A stretch of 64,000 nt of DNA, from NCBI GenBank assembly GCA_041593595.1, contig JBFHNV010000005.1, positions 1,539 to 65,538 on the forward strand, written 5' to 3'. The position numbers were made by a program, and so were the translations under genes. Position 1 is the first letter of the stretch. Each line of letters begins with the position of its first letter. The DNA comes from Gammaproteobacteria bacterium (GTDB lineage Bacteria; Pseudomonadota; Gammaproteobacteria; HK1). Positions 29,558-39,630 of this stretch are shown here, one piece after another. Below the pieces are notes generated by a model. That model had not been told where the DNA came from, did not search any database, and was given only the letters and a program-made list of their open reading frames with translations.

Positions 29558-31195
29558 ATGGCCACGCAACTGGAACTCACGAACGACACCCCGCGCCTCG
29601 CGCAGCTCATGCGCATGGGTCCGAGCCCGTCCCAGCTCGGACTGGTGATGGCGCTGGCGGCGGCGCTGACGCTGGCCGTCGGCGTCGTGATGTGGGCCAT
29701 GCGCCCGAGCTTCGTGCCGCTCTACGGGAGCATGGGCGAGCGCGACGCGGGCAACGTCATCGCCTCGCTGCAGGCGCGCAACACCCGCTTCGAGGTGGAC
29801 AAGCGCAGCGGCATGATCCTCGTGCCCGCCGACCAGGTGCAGGAGATCCGCATGCAGCTCGCCGCCGACGGGCTCTCCGGCAACGAGTCCATGGGGCTCG
29901 AGCTGCTGCGCGAGGACCAGAGCGTCGGCACCAGCCAGTTCATGGAGCGCGCGCGCTACCAGCACGCGTTGGAGACCGAGCTCGCGCGCACCATCGCGCG
30001 CATGCGCGGCGTCGAGGCGGCGCGGGTCCACCTGGCCATCCCCAAGCAGAGCGCATTCGTGCGTGACCGCTCGCGCCCCTCGGCCTCGGTGATGCTGAAG
30101 CTCGCGCCCGGGCGCGCACTGGACTCGGGCCAGGTGCAGGGCATCGCCAACCTGGTGGCGTCCAGCGTCCCGTACATGGAGATCGGCCGGGTGGCGGTGG
30201 TGGACCAGTTCGGCCGCCTGCTCAGCCGCGACGTCATGGACGGCGAGATGGCCATGACCAATCGCCAGTTCGAGTACAAGCGTGCCTTCGAGCGCACCTA
30301 CACCGAGCGCATCGAGGAGCTGCTGTTCCCCATCGTGGGCAGCGGTCGCGTGCGCGCCCAGGTGCACGCCGAGATCGACTTCTCCGAGAACGAGCGCCGC
30401 GAGGAGGCGTTCACCGGTGCTCCCGATCAGGTGCGCAGCGAGCAGCTGCAGGACCAGCGCGGCGGCGGCGCCATGCAGGCCATGGGCGTGCCCGGCGCGC
30501 TCACCAACCAGCCGCCCGAGGGCGGCAGCCTCGCGAAGCCCGCCGAGGGCGAGGCGCTCGCCGGCGACAGCGGCTCCATGAGCAAGAGCACCACCCGCAA
30601 CTACGAGCTGGACAAGACCGTGACCCACACCCGCACGGCTCCGGGACGGCTGATCCGGATGTCGGTCGCGGTACTGGTGGACGACCGCGTGAGCGCGGAC
30701 AAGAAGGGCGAGGTGGTGCGCACGCCCCGCGAGCAGGCAGAGATAGACGGCATCACGGGACTGGTGAAGGAGGCGGTGGGCTTCAACGCGGAGCGTGGCG
30801 ACTCGGTGGTGGTGATCAACCGCGCCTTCGAGGCGCCGGCGGCCATCGAGGCGCCGCCGGAGCCCGCCGTGTGGGAGCAGACCTGGTTCGAGTCCCTGGT
30901 GAAGAACTCGCTGGCCGCGATCCTCATGGGCCTGCTGCTGCTGGCGGTGCTGCGCCCGGCGGTGCGCGCCCTCACCCGGCGCGGCGAATCCGGCGGCGAT
31001 GCCGCCCCGGCGGACGACGACGGCCTGCCCATGCTGGAGGCAGACCGGGTGAGCCTGAGCGGACGCGGCGACGATCCCCTGCCGCCGCCGCCGCGGGTAT
31101 ACGGCGACATTCTCAACCTGGCCCGCGAGATGGCGGCGGACGATCCGAAGCGGGTGGCCATGGTGCTGAAGAAGTGGGTGGACACCGATGGCTGA
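29558..31195 (+). CDS. fliF: MS-ring protein FliF
   Basis: Contains FVPLYGSMGERDAGNVIASLQARNTRFEVDKRSGMILVPADQV...ARVHLAIPKQSAFVRD...RNYELDKTVTH. Confidence 0.92.
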   Translation: MATQLELTNDTPRLAQLMRMGPSPSQLGLVMALAAALTLAVGVVMWAMRPSFVPLYGSMGERDAGNVIASLQARNTRFEVDKRSGMILVPADQVQEIRMQLAADGLSGNESMGLELLREDQSVGTSQFMERARYQHALETELARTIARMRGVEAARVHLAIPKQSAFVRDRSRPSASVMLKLAPGRALDSGQVQGIANLVASSVPYMEIGRVAVVDQFGRLLSRDVMDGEMAMTNRQFEYKRAFERTYTERIEELLFPIVGSGRVRAQVHAEIDFSENERREEAFTGAPDQVRSEQLQDQRGGGAMQAMGVPGALTNQPPEGGSLAKPAEGEALAGDSGSMSKSTTRNYELDKTVTHTRTAPGRLIRMSVAVLVDDRVSADKKGEVVRTPREQAEIDGITGLVKEAVGFNAERGDSVVVINRAFEAPAAIEAPPEPAVWEQTWFESLVKNSLAAILMGLLLLAVLRPAVRALTRRGESGGDAAPADDDGLPMLEADRVSLSGRGDDPLPPPPRVYGDILNLAREMAADDPKRVAMVLKKWVDTDG

Positions 31196-32198
31196 GCCGG
31201 ACGGCGAGCTCAAGGGCAGCGACCGCGCCGCGATCCTGCTGATGGCGCTCGGCGCGGAGCGCGCCGCCGAGGTGCTGAAGCACCTGGAGCCGCGCCAGGT
31301 GCAGACCGTGGGCAGCGCCATGTCGAGCCTGAGCGACGTCACCCAGGGCCAGGTGGGTGACGTGCTCAAGGGCTTCATCAACACCGTGCGCGACATCTCG
31401 TCGCTGGGCGTGGGCACACAGGACTACCTGCGCAACGTGCTCACCCAGGCGCTTGGCCCGGAGCGTGCTGGCAGCGTGCTGCCGCGCATCGTCTCGGACA
31501 ACCGTTCCAAGGGACTCGGCTCCCTGCAGTGGATGGCGCCGGAGGCCATCGCCGAGATCCTGGTCAAGGAGCACCCCCAGATCATCGCGCTGGCCCTCAT
31601 CAACCTGGAGCCCGACACCGCGGGCGAGGTGCTGCGGCTGCTCCCCGAGGAGCTGGGCGGGGACGTGATGGTGCGGGTGGCCACCCTGGACGGCGTCCAC
31701 CCCAGCGCCCTGAAGGAGCTGGACGCCATCCTGGAGGGGCAGCTCGGCGGGGGCAACCTGGACATCAAGCTCTCGGGTCTGGGCGGCGTCAAGGCGGCCG
31801 CCGATATCCTGAACGCGGTGCCGTCGGAGCTGGAGGCGCAGCTCCTGGACCGGCTCGCGGAGACCGACGCGGAGCTCAAGAGCGAGATCCAGGAACAGAT
31901 GTTCGACTTCGAGAGCATCGACGGCCTGGACGAGCGCGGGCTGCAGACGGTGCTGCGCGAGATCTCCACGGAGACGCTGGTGCTGGCGCTGAAGGGGGCC
32001 AGCGCGCGCATCCGCGAGCGGGTGTTCAAGAACATGTCGGCGCGCGCGGCGGAGATGCTGCGCGACGACCTGGAGGGCAAGGGACCGGTGCGCCTGAGCG
32101 AGGTGGAGGCTGCGCAGAAGGAGATGCTGAGCGTGGTGGATCGCCTGGTGGAGGAGGGTACCGTGGTGATGCAGGGCAAGGGGGAGGCCTTCGTCTGA
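31188..32198 (+). CDS. fliG: Rotor/switch protein FliG
   Basis: Contains LKGSDRAAILLMALGAERAAEVLKHL...EHPQIIALALINL...VLALKGASARIRERVFKNMSARAAEMLRDDLE. Confidence 0.93.
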   Translation: MAEPDGELKGSDRAAILLMALGAERAAEVLKHLEPRQVQTVGSAMSSLSDVTQGQVGDVLKGFINTVRDISSLGVGTQDYLRNVLTQALGPERAGSVLPRIVSDNRSKGLGSLQWMAPEAIAEILVKEHPQIIALALINLEPDTAGEVLRLLPEELGGDVMVRVATLDGVHPSALKELDAILEGQLGGGNLDIKLSGLGGVKAAADILNAVPSELEAQLLDRLAETDAELKSEIQEQMFDFESIDGLDERGLQTVLREISTETLVLALKGASARIRERVFKNMSARAAEMLRDDLEGKGPVRLSEVEAAQKEMLSVVDRLVEEGTVVMQGKGEAFV

Positions 32199-32310
32199 GC
32201 GGCGCGCACGCGCCTTGCCCGGACCCCGGCCGCCGCCCATGCGTTTCCCGATTCCCGTTGCGACACCCGTCCCGTGCGTCGCGGCCCGGCCGCGCGGCGA
32301 GGCCTGAGCC

Positions 32311-32979
32311 GTGCGCCCGCGCGTCATCCGGCCGACCGGCGCCAGCGCCGAGCGCTGGGCGGCGCCGGCGCTGCGCGCGGGCGCCGCGGACGAGGCGCGC
32401 GGACGGGCCGCGCCGGGGCCGGGGTTCGCGCCGGACACCCGTGGCGGTACCGCTGCCGTCGACGAGGACTACCGCCAGGGCCGCGAGGAGGGCTTCGCCC
32501 GCGGCCACGCGGAGGGGCTCGAGGCGGCGCGGGCCGAGACGGCCGCGACCCTGGCGGCGCTCTCGGCGCTGGCCGGGAACCTGCTGGAGCCGCTGGCCCG
32601 GCTGGACGAGCAGGTGGACGACGAGCTCGCGCGACTCGCCCTCGCCGTGGCCCGCCAGGTGGTACGCCGGGAGCTCACCAGCGACCCGCAGCAGATCGCG
32701 GCGGTGGTGCGCGAGGCGCGCGGCGCGCTCAACGACGTGCGCGGGCGACTGCGCATCGCGCTGCACCCGGACGAGGCGCCGCTGGTGCGGCGCCTGTTCA
32801 GCGACGACGAGACGCTGGCCGGGGTGGACGTGGAGGAGGATCCCTCCATCACCCGCGGCGGGTGCACGCTGCGCACCGACGTGAGCTTCGTGGACGCAAC
32901 GGTGGAGACGCGCATCGCGCGCATCGCCGTGCAGCTCCTGGGTGACGAGCGCCAGCGCGCGGACGCGGGCGATGACTGA
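32311..32979 (+). CDS. fliH: Flagellar export apparatus protein FliH
   Basis: Contains [26 protein letters not shown]...[28 protein letters not shown]...[19 protein letters not shown]. It has a GTG start, with an in-frame stop 6 nt upstream. Confidence 0.8.
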   Translation: MRPRVIRPTGASAERWAAPALRAGAADEARGRAAPGPGFAPDTRGGTAAVDEDYRQGREEGFARGHAEGLEAARAETAATLAALSALAGNLLEPLARLDEQVDDELARLALAVARQVVRRELTSDPQQIAAVVREARGALNDVRGRLRIALHPDEAPLVRRLFSDDETLAGVDVEEDPSITRGGCTLRTDVSFVDATVETRIARIAVQLLGDERQRADAGDD

Positions 32980-34321
32980 CGCCGCGCGAAATCGCCGCAT
33001 CGTGGAGCGCCTGGCGGCCCGCCGCCAGGCGCTCACGCCGCCGGCGCCGGTGGTGGAGGGCAAGCTCACCCGCATGGTGGGCCTGACGCTGGAAGCGGTG
33101 GGCTGCCAGGCGGCGGTGGGCTCGCGCTGCGCGGTGGAGGCGCCCGACGGCGGCCGGGTGGAGGCGGAGGTGGTGGGCTTCGCCGGCGATCGAACGTACC
33201 TCATGCCCGTGTCGGACATGCGCGGATTCGTGCCCAGCTCACGGGTAGTGCCCTCCGCCGGGCAGCAGCGGGTGCCGGTGGGCGAGGGGCTGCTGGGCCG
33301 CGTGCTGGACGGCACCGGGACGCCCCTGGACGGCGCCGGCCCGCTGCGCGCCGACGGCTGGCGGCCGCTGGTGGCGAAGCCGGTGAACCCCCTCGCGCGC
33401 GCGCCCATCCGCGAGCCGCTGGACGTGGGCGTGCGTGCCATCAACGGCCTGCTGCGGGTGGGGCGCGGGCAGCGCCTCGGGCTGTTCGCCGGCAGCGGCG
33501 TGGGCAAGAGCACCCTGCTCGGCATGATGACGCGCCACACCCGCGCCGACGTGGCGGTGGTGGGGCTCATCGGCGAGCGTGGGCGCGAGGTGAACGAGTT
33601 CGTGCGCGAGACGCTGGGCGCCGCGGGTCTCGCCCGCGCCGTCGTGGTGGCGGCGCCGGCGGACACCTCGCCGGTATCACGGCTGCAGGGGGCCATGCTC
33701 GCCACCAGCATCGCCGAGCACTTTCGCGATCAGGGCCGGGACGTGCTCCTGCTGATGGACTCGCTCACCCGCTTCGCCCAGGCCCAGCGCGAGATCGCCC
33801 TGGCAGTGGGCGAGCCGCCGGCGACCAAGGGCTACCCGCCCTCGGTGTTCGCGAAGCTGCCGCTGCTGGTGGAGCGCGCAGGCACCGGCCCGGACGGCAG
33901 CGGCACCATCACCGCCTTCTATACGGTGCTGACCGAGGGCGACGACCAGCAGGATCCCATCGCCGACGCGGCGCGGGCGATCCTGGACGGCCACGTGGTG
34001 CTGTCACGGGCCATCGCCGAGATGGGCCGCTATCCGGCCATCGACCTGGAGGCGTCGGTGAGCCGGCTGCTGCCGGCACTGGCCTCGCCCGAGGAGCAGG
34101 CCCAGATCCAGCGCTTCCGCAACCTGTGCGCGGTCTACCGGCAGAGTCAGGACCTGGTGAGCCTGGGCGTGTACAAGCGCGGCAGCGACCCGGCCATCGA
34201 CGCGGCGGTGGAGCACCGCCCGCGCCTGGAGGCCTACCTGGCCCAGTCGTTGAACGAGGCGGTGTCGCTGGAGCGCAGCCGGCAGGAGCTGGACGCCCTG
34301 TTCGCCCGCGCCGCGGCCTGA
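32972..34321 (+). CDS. fliI: Flagellum-specific ATPase FliI
   Basis: Contains [15 protein letters not shown]... with Walker [12 protein letters not shown], then [17 protein letters not shown]...[18 protein letters not shown] 32972 was preferred, by spacing to the conserved N-terminus, over GTG 32942. Confidence 0.9.
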   Translation: MTDAARNRRIVERLAARRQALTPPAPVVEGKLTRMVGLTLEAVGCQAAVGSRCAVEAPDGGRVEAEVVGFAGDRTYLMPVSDMRGFVPSSRVVPSAGQQRVPVGEGLLGRVLDGTGTPLDGAGPLRADGWRPLVAKPVNPLARAPIREPLDVGVRAINGLLRVGRGQRLGLFAGSGVGKSTLLGMMTRHTRADVAVVGLIGERGREVNEFVRETLGAAGLARAVVVAAPADTSPVSRLQGAMLATSIAEHFRDQGRDVLLLMDSLTRFAQAQREIALAVGEPPATKGYPPSVFAKLPLLVERAGTGPDGSGTITAFYTVLTEGDDQQDPIADAARAILDGHVVLSRAIAEMGRYPAIDLEASVSRLLPALASPEEQAQIQRFRNLCAVYRQSQDLVSLGVYKRGSDPAIDAAVEHRPRLEAYLAQSLNEAVSLERSRQELDALFARAAA

Positions 34322-34349
34322 ACCGGTAACTGCAAGGAGACCACAGTCC

Positions 34350-34793
34350 ATGACCACCCGATCGCCTTCGCAGCTCGAGCTGGTGCGCGGGCTCGCCGAG
34401 ACCCGCGAGCAGGAGCTTGCCGGGGAGCTGAGCGAGCTGCTGCGCCTGCGCGACGGCGCCGAGGCCACCCTGGCGCGCCTGGACGGTTATCTGGACGAGT
34501 ACGCGCAGGTGCCCGGCGGCGGCGCCCTCGTCGCGTCCGCCATCGCCAACGAGCGCCGCTTCGTGAAGCGTCTCAACCAGGCCCTGGAGCAGCAGCGCAC
34601 GCACGCCGAGCGCCTGCGCGAGCGCACTGGCGAGAAGACCGCACAGTGGCAGCAGGCCCGGGCCGATCTCATGGCGCTCGAGCGGGTGGTGGAGCGCCGC
34701 CTGCAGGAGGCCACCCAGGAGGTCGAGCGCCGCGAGCAACGCGAGGCGGATGCGCTCAGCCTGCGCCGCGTGGTCACGGAGGCTGCCCGATGA
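34350..34793 (+). CDS. fliJ: Flagellar export chaperone/stalk protein FliJ
   Basis: 147 aa, a coiled coil, located between fliI and fliK. Contains LDGYLDEY...ANERRFVKRLNQALEQQ. Confidence 0.75.
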   Translation: MTTRSPSQLELVRGLAETREQELAGELSELLRLRDGAEATLARLDGYLDEYAQVPGGGALVASAIANERRFVKRLNQALEQQRTHAERLRERTGEKTAQWQQARADLMALERVVERRLQEATQEVERREQREADALSLRRVVTEAAR

Positions 34794-36112
34794 GCGCGCC
34801 AGTGTCGCCGCCAGGGCCCACGTCGGGGCCGGCACGGGGCACGGCCAGCGCCAGCGGGCCCGCGTCCGCCGGCGCCCGGGAGGGCAGCCCGGGCAGCGCC
34901 TTCGAGAGCGTCATGCGCGGCCAGCTGGACTCTGCCCCTCGAGCGGAGGGCGCGGACGGCGCGGCGGCGGCGCGGCCCGTGGACGGCACGGGCGTGGACA
35001 CGCCTGTGGGAACCAGCACCGGAACCGACGGCGACGCGGACGCGGTGGCCGCACTGCAGATGCCCGCGGCGCCGGCGGTGCCGCTGCCCGGGGATCCCCT
35101 GGCCAGCGAGGCCAGCCCCGCGGCCCGCGCGGCGGTGGTGCTGGTGGAGCAGTCGTCGGCGGGCGCGGTGGCGCTGCCACCCGGCGCGTCGACGGCTGCG
35201 GCCGCCCTGCCGGGCGGGCCGCCGGGCAGGGCCTTGGCAGCACCCCTTCCAGGCCAGGCCGGCGCATCAGGGTCGCGGGCGCATGGGTCCGGGCTCTCCG
35301 GGGCCGGGACCGGTCCGGGCGCCGTGGCGGCTCCTGCCGGCGTGTCGGGTTCCGCCGTCGCGCCGATGCAGTCGGCGGGCGCGGGCCCCGGGCTCCCGGA
35401 CACGGCTGCCGGCGTGGCGGCAGCAGCGGCGGGCGGGGACGGGGTCGCGCCGGAGGCGCGCTGGAACGACCGGCCCGCGGCGCGCTCGAACGACGCCTTT
35501 GCGGTCCGCCTCAACGATCCGCCCGCGATGCGCCTCGCCGACGCGCCGCCGGCACGGCCCATGGACGCGCCGGGACCGGCGGGTCCCCAGGCCCAGTCCG
35601 CATCCGCGGCGCCGCTCCCGGCGACCTTCGCCACGCCGCAGCCGCCGGCGGATCCGGTGGCCCGCCCGCAGGTGCTGCCGCCGTTGAACACGCCGGTGAC
35701 GGATCCCGGCTGGAGCGCGGCCCTGGGCGCGCGCCTCACCTGGAGCGTCGCCCGGGGGATCCAGAACGCCACCATTGCCCTGAATCCCCGCGAGCTGGGC
35801 CCGGTGAACGTGAGCCTGAGCGTGCACGACGACGAGGCCAGCGTGACCTTCCACGCCCAGCATGCGCCGGTGCGGGAGGCCATCGAGGCGGCGCTGCCGC
35901 GCCTGCGCGAGCTGTTCGCCGGCAGCGGCATCGACCTGACCCGCGTCGAGGTGGCCACCGGCGACGGCCGGCAGGCGGCCGGTGGTGGCGCCGGCAACGG
36001 TGCCGACGGCGAGGGCGACCGCGCCGGGAGCGACGCACCTGGCGAGCCCGGCGAGTCGCAGACCGGCACACCGGTGCGCCTGGCCGACGGCCTGGTGGAC
36101 ACCTTCGCCTGA
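34790..36112 (+). CDS. fliK: Hook-length control protein FliK
   Basis: The ATG overlaps the fliJ stop (ATGA). The N-terminal two thirds are Ala/Pro/Gly-rich. The C-terminal FliK domain reads IALNPRELGPVNVSLSVHDDEASVTFHAQHAPVREAIEAALPRLRELFAGSGIDL. Confidence 0.8.
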   Translation: MSAPVSPPGPTSGPARGTASASGPASAGAREGSPGSAFESVMRGQLDSAPRAEGADGAAAARPVDGTGVDTPVGTSTGTDGDADAVAALQMPAAPAVPLPGDPLASEASPAARAAVVLVEQSSAGAVALPPGASTAAAALPGGPPGRALAAPLPGQAGASGSRAHGSGLSGAGTGPGAVAAPAGVSGSAVAPMQSAGAGPGLPDTAAGVAAAAAGGDGVAPEARWNDRPAARSNDAFAVRLNDPPAMRLADAPPARPMDAPGPAGPQAQSASAAPLPATFATPQPPADPVARPQVLPPLNTPVTDPGWSAALGARLTWSVARGIQNATIALNPRELGPVNVSLSVHDDEASVTFHAQHAPVREAIEAALPRLRELFAGSGIDLTRVEVATGDGRQAAGGGAGNGADGEGDRAGSDAPGEPGESQTGTPVRLADGLVDTFA

Positions 36113-36142
36113 GGCCGGTCTCCCTTCCACGCCTTCCTGGCG

Positions 36143-36167
36143 ATCCCGGCGGAGCCACCGCCGGGAT
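36143..36167 (+). terminator. Hairpin after fliK (weak terminator candidate)
   Basis: ATCCCGGCGG-AGCCA-CCGCCGGGAT forms a 10-bp stem followed by TCT. Confidence 0.35.
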
Positions 36168-36233
36168 TCTGGCGGCGCTCCGGGCCGCCTTGTAACTCAC
36201 TGAAATAAAGAGGCGATCGGGGCCGGCCTTTCT

Positions 36234-36248
36234 TGGCACGGCAGTTGC
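36234..36248 (+). promoter_or_regulatory. Sigma-54 promoter for fliLMNOPQR-flhBA
   Basis: TGGCAC-GGCAG-TTGC is a perfect match, 59 nt upstream of the fliL ATG. It is preceded by an AT-rich tract, TGTAACTCACTGAAATAAAGAGG. Confidence 0.75.
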
Positions 36249-36306
36249 TTCGCGTTCTCCGTCGCGATTCGGCGCCGCAGGCGCCGCGGTTATCCGGAGT
36301 ACCCCG

Positions 36307-36771
36307 ATGAAGCAGCTTCTCGTTCCGATTCTCCTGGTGGTGAACCTGGCCGCCACCTCCACGGTGCTGGTCCTGGCCATGACCGGCAAGCTGGTGGCCG
36401 CCGTCCCCATGGCAGTGGAAGGCCAGGCCGAGGCGCCCGTCGAGGAGATGAAGCAGGTCTTCTACCACGAGTTCAAGCCCGAGCTGGTGGTGAACTTCCC
36501 CGGCGGCGGCGCAGCCCGCTACATGCAGCTCTCGCTCACCGCAGTGACCCCGGACGAGGACTCGGTGGCATTGCTGGAGCGCCACGAGCCGGCCATCCGC
36601 AACGACCTGCTGATGCTGTTCAGCGGCCTGGAGGCAGAGCCGCTGGCCGGGCGCGAAGGGAAGGAGAACATGCGCAAGATGGCCCTGGAGGCGGTGCGCG
36701 AGATCATGAAGAAGCGCACCGGCCGCGAGGTCGTGGACGACCTCTACTTCACCCGCTTCGTGATGCAGTAG
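36307..36771 (+). CDS. fliL: Flagellar basal-body-associated protein FliL
   Basis: Has an N-terminal TM segment (LLVPILLVVNLAATSTVLVLAM) and contains YHEFKPELVVNFPGGGAARYMQLSLT...DDLYFTRFVMQ. Confidence 0.88.
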   Translation: MKQLLVPILLVVNLAATSTVLVLAMTGKLVAAVPMAVEGQAEAPVEEMKQVFYHEFKPELVVNFPGGGAARYMQLSLTAVTPDEDSVALLERHEPAIRNDLLMLFSGLEAEPLAGREGKENMRKMALEAVREIMKKRTGREVVDDLYFTRFVMQ

Positions 36772-36777
36772 GCCGTC

Positions 36778-37731
36778 ATGAGCGAGGCAAGCGTGCTCAG
36801 CGAGGAAGAGCTGGACGCCCTGCGCGCCACCGGTGCCGACGCCGGCGGCGAGGACCGGGACGACGGCGCGCAACGGCCCTACGACTTCCGCGATCCGTCG
36901 CGGGTGCTCAACGGGCGGCTGCCGGGGCTGGAGGCGGTGCACGACGCATTCGCCGCCGGCATGCGCCCCGCGTTGCGATCGCTGCTCGGGCGCCCGGTGG
37001 AGGTGGACGTGGGCGAGACGTCGCTCACCCGCCTGGGCGATTACCAGCAGAGCCTGCCCCTGCCGGTGAGCGCCCACGGGGCGCCGCTGCAGGGACGCGA
37101 TCAGAGCATGTTCCTGGTGGCCGAAGGAATGCTGGTCTACGCCTGCGTGGACGCCTTCTTCGGCGGGCGCGGCGGGGTCACGCCGGACACCGAGCGCGAG
37201 CTCTCGCCGAGCGAGCGGCGGCTCACCGCGGTGCTCGCACGGCACGTGTTCGAGGAGCTGAAGAACGCCTGGGCACCCATCTGCGCGCTGCGCTTCGGCG
37301 AGCCGCAGCCGGTCAAGCCGAACGGCCTGGGGGGTCTTCGCGACGACCAGATCATGGTGGTGTCGCGTTTCAACGTGGACCTGCTGCCCGGCGGCGGCGA
37401 GTTCCACCTGGCCCTGTCCTACGGGCTGCTGGACAGCCTGCGCCCCTACCTCACCTCGGGGCCCCGTTCCGAGGATGCCAACCGCGAGTGGCGCACGCGC
37501 TTCATCGAGCGGGTGTCGGCAGTGGAGGTGCAGGCGCGCGCCGTGTTCCCCGGCGTGCGGGTGAGCTTCTCCGAGCTGATGGCGCTCGCGCCTGGCGACT
37601 TCATCCCCATGAACCGGCAGAACCGGGTCTGCGTGATGGTGGGCGACCGGGTCCTCTATACCGCCGAGCCCGGCACCTCCAACGGCCTCGCCGCGGCCAA
37701 GGTGATCGCCGTCGGCGAGCCCGGGCGCTGA
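36778..37731 (+). CDS. fliM: Switch protein FliM
   Basis: Has the N-terminal CheY-P binding-like motif SVLSEEELDALR and contains RPYDFRDPSRV...RLTAVLARHVFEELKNAW. Confidence 0.9.
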   Translation: MSEASVLSEEELDALRATGADAGGEDRDDGAQRPYDFRDPSRVLNGRLPGLEAVHDAFAAGMRPALRSLLGRPVEVDVGETSLTRLGDYQQSLPLPVSAHGAPLQGRDQSMFLVAEGMLVYACVDAFFGGRGGVTPDTERELSPSERRLTAVLARHVFEELKNAWAPICALRFGEPQPVKPNGLGGLRDDQIMVVSRFNVDLLPGGGEFHLALSYGLLDSLRPYLTSGPRSEDANREWRTRFIERVSAVEVQARAVFPGVRVSFSELMALAPGDFIPMNRQNRVCVMVGDRVLYTAEPGTSNGLAAAKVIAVGEPGR

Positions 37732-37764
37732 CGCGCCCCACCGAACCCAACCGGAGTATCCCTG

Positions 37765-38091
37765 ATGAGCAGCAAGAACCCACCGGCCGGAACCGCCGGC
37801 GACAAGGCCTCGGGCGCCGAGACGGGCGCGCGCGTGGCGTTGCCCGGGGGCGCGGCCATGAACCTGGTCAAGGACATCCCCGTGACCCTGTCCATCGAGC
37901 TCGGGCGCACGCGCATGAGCCTGAAGGATCTGCTGGAGCTGGAGCAGGGTGCGGTGATCGAGCTCGAGCGCATGGTGGACGAGCCCATGGACGTGCTGGT
38001 CAACGGCACCCTGGTGGCGCACGGGGAGGTGGTGGTCATCGACGACACCTTCGGCGTGCGGCTCACCGACGTGGCCGGGCCGGACGCCTGA
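37765..38091 (+). CDS. fliN: Switch protein FliN
   Basis: Contains IPVTLSIELGRTRMSLKDLLELEQGAVIELERMVDEPMDVLVNGTLVAHGEVVVIDDTFGVRLTDV. Confidence 0.92.
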   Translation: MSSKNPPAGTAGDKASGAETGARVALPGGAAMNLVKDIPVTLSIELGRTRMSLKDLLELEQGAVIELERMVDEPMDVLVNGTLVAHGEVVVIDDTFGVRLTDVAGPDA

Positions 38092-38096
38092 CCCCC

Positions 38097-38534
38097 GTGC
38101 GCGCCGCGATCCGCCCGTTCGTAGCGCTCGCGTGCCTGCCGGCGCTGGCCCACGCGCCCGCGGCGCTGGCCGCGCCGGGGCTGCGCCCCGAGTCCGTCCC
38201 GCGCGCGCCGCTGGCCGGCGACCACGCAGTGGAGTACCTCCTGGGCGTGGTGATCGTGATGCTGGCGCTGGGTGCCTTCGCCCTCGTGATGCGCCGACTG
38301 CAGGGCCGGATGGGAGCCGGGCGCGGCGCGCTGAAGGTCACTGCGTCGCTGCCGCTCGGGGGCAAGGAGCGGCTGATGATCGTGGAGGCCGAGGGCGAGC
38401 GGCTGCTGGTGGGCGTGGGCGGCGGCGGCGTGCAGCTGGTGCGCCGGCTGCGCGCGGCGCCGGCCGCGGATGCGCCCGCGGCGCCGGCGGACACCTGGCT
38501 CGCGCGCACGCTGCGCGCCGGAGCGGCCCGCTGA
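38097..38534 (+). CDS. fliO: Flagellar export protein FliO
   Basis: Has a single TM segment (LLGVVIVMLALGAFALVM) followed by LKVTASLPLGGKERLMIVEAEGERLLVGVG. GTG start, located between fliN and fliP. Confidence 0.75.
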   Translation: MRAAIRPFVALACLPALAHAPAALAAPGLRPESVPRAPLAGDHAVEYLLGVVIVMLALGAFALVMRRLQGRMGAGRGALKVTASLPLGGKERLMIVEAEGERLLVGVGGGGVQLVRRLRAAPAADAPAAPADTWLARTLRAGAAR

Positions 38535-39331
38535 TGTGCGCCCCGGTCCGGCTGCTGCGACCGGTGCGCGCCATCGCCGCCGTCGCGGGTTCGCCGCTCG
38601 CACTCGTGGCGATGCTGCCACTGCTGCTGCTCTGCGGCGCGGCCGCTGCCGCCCCGACCCTGCCCGCGGTGGTGGTGCAGAGCGACGGCGCCGGCGGGCA
38701 GAGCTACAGCCTCACGCTGCAGGCGCTGGCGCTGATGACGGTGCTCACCTTGCTGCCGGCCTTCCTGCTCATGATGACGTCGTTCACCCGCATCGTGATC
38801 GTGCTGGCCATCCTGCGCCAGGCCATCGGCACGGTGCAGACGCCGTCGAACCAGATCGTCATCGGGCTCGCGCTGTTCCTGACGCTGTTCATCATGGGGC
38901 CCACCTTCGAGCAGGCGTGGGGTGAGGCGGTGACGCCGTATCTCGAGGAGCGCATCGGGGTCGACGAGGCCGTGAACCGTGCCATCGCGCCGTTTCGCAC
39001 CTTCATGCTTGGCCAGATCCGCGAGGATGACCTCGGCCTGTACCTGGAGATCGCGGGCCGCGCCGCACCGGCCAACGTGGACGACGTGCCGTTCTCGGTG
39101 CTGATGCCGGCCTTCGTCACCAGCGAGCTCAAGACCGCGTTCCAGATCGGCTTCCTGCTCTTCATCCCGTTCCTGATCATCGATCTCATCGTCGCCAGCG
39201 TGCTCATGTCCATGGGCATGATGATGCTGTCGCCGATGATGATCTCCCTGCCCTTCAAGCTGATGCTGTTCGTGCTGGTGGACGGGTGGTCGCTCACCCT
39301 CGGCACGCTGGCGACCAGCTTCCTCGGCTGA
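38534..39331 (+). CDS. fliP: Flagellar export gate protein FliP
   Basis: Contains LTVLTLLPAFLLMMTSFTRIVIVLAILRQAIGTVQTPSNQIVIGLALFLTLFIMGP...FVTSELKTAFQIGFLLFIPFLIIDLIVASVLMSMGMMML. Confidence 0.93.
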   Translation: MCAPVRLLRPVRAIAAVAGSPLALVAMLPLLLLCGAAAAAPTLPAVVVQSDGAGGQSYSLTLQALALMTVLTLLPAFLLMMTSFTRIVIVLAILRQAIGTVQTPSNQIVIGLALFLTLFIMGPTFEQAWGEAVTPYLEERIGVDEAVNRAIAPFRTFMLGQIREDDLGLYLEIAGRAAPANVDDVPFSVLMPAFVTSELKTAFQIGFLLFIPFLIIDLIVASVLMSMGMMMLSPMMISLPFKLMLFVLVDGWSLTLGTLATSFLG

Positions 39332-39360
39332 GTCGCCTGCAACCGCGAAGCGATACCCCC

Positions 39361-39630
39361 ATGACACCGGACACCGTCATCACCATCGGCCAGTACGCCA
39401 TCCTCACCATGCTCATGGTGGCGGCGCCGCCGCTGCTCACGGCGCTGGCGGTGGGCCTGCTCATCGGCGTGTTCCAGGCGGCCACCCAGGTCAACGAGAT
39501 GACCCTGAGCTTCATCCCCAAGATCGTGGCGCTGGTGCTGGTGCTGGTGGCGGCCGGCCCGTGGATCCTGAGGACGCTGGTGAACTACACCGAGCGCCTC
39601 ATCCGCGAGATCCCCTACCTCATAGGCTGA
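39361..39630 (+). CDS. fliQ: Flagellar export gate protein FliQ
   Basis: 89 aa containing PLLTALAVGLLIGVFQAATQVNEMTLSFIPKIVALVLV. Confidence 0.92.
   Translation: MTPDTVITIGQYAILTMLMVAAPPLLTALAVGLLIGVFQAATQVNEMTLSFIPKIVALVLVLVAAGPWILRTLVNYTERLIREIPYLIG

Noticed and set aside
34774-38022. 1082-aa minus-strand ORF across fliK, fliL, fliM and fliN. Similar giants occur at 5346-7487 (+), 14529-16718 (-), 38704-41256 (-), 60368-63367 (+), 40714-41574 (+, the leader of the flhA frame) and 8294-9325 (+, the leader of the flgB frame).
   Set aside because: These have low-complexity, Arg/Gly/Pro/His-dominated translations and overlap well-supported flagellar or signalling genes in another frame or on the other strand. 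They are treated as GC-driven artefacts. Only the conserved 3' parts (flhA, flgB, flgK and others) were kept, with internal starts.
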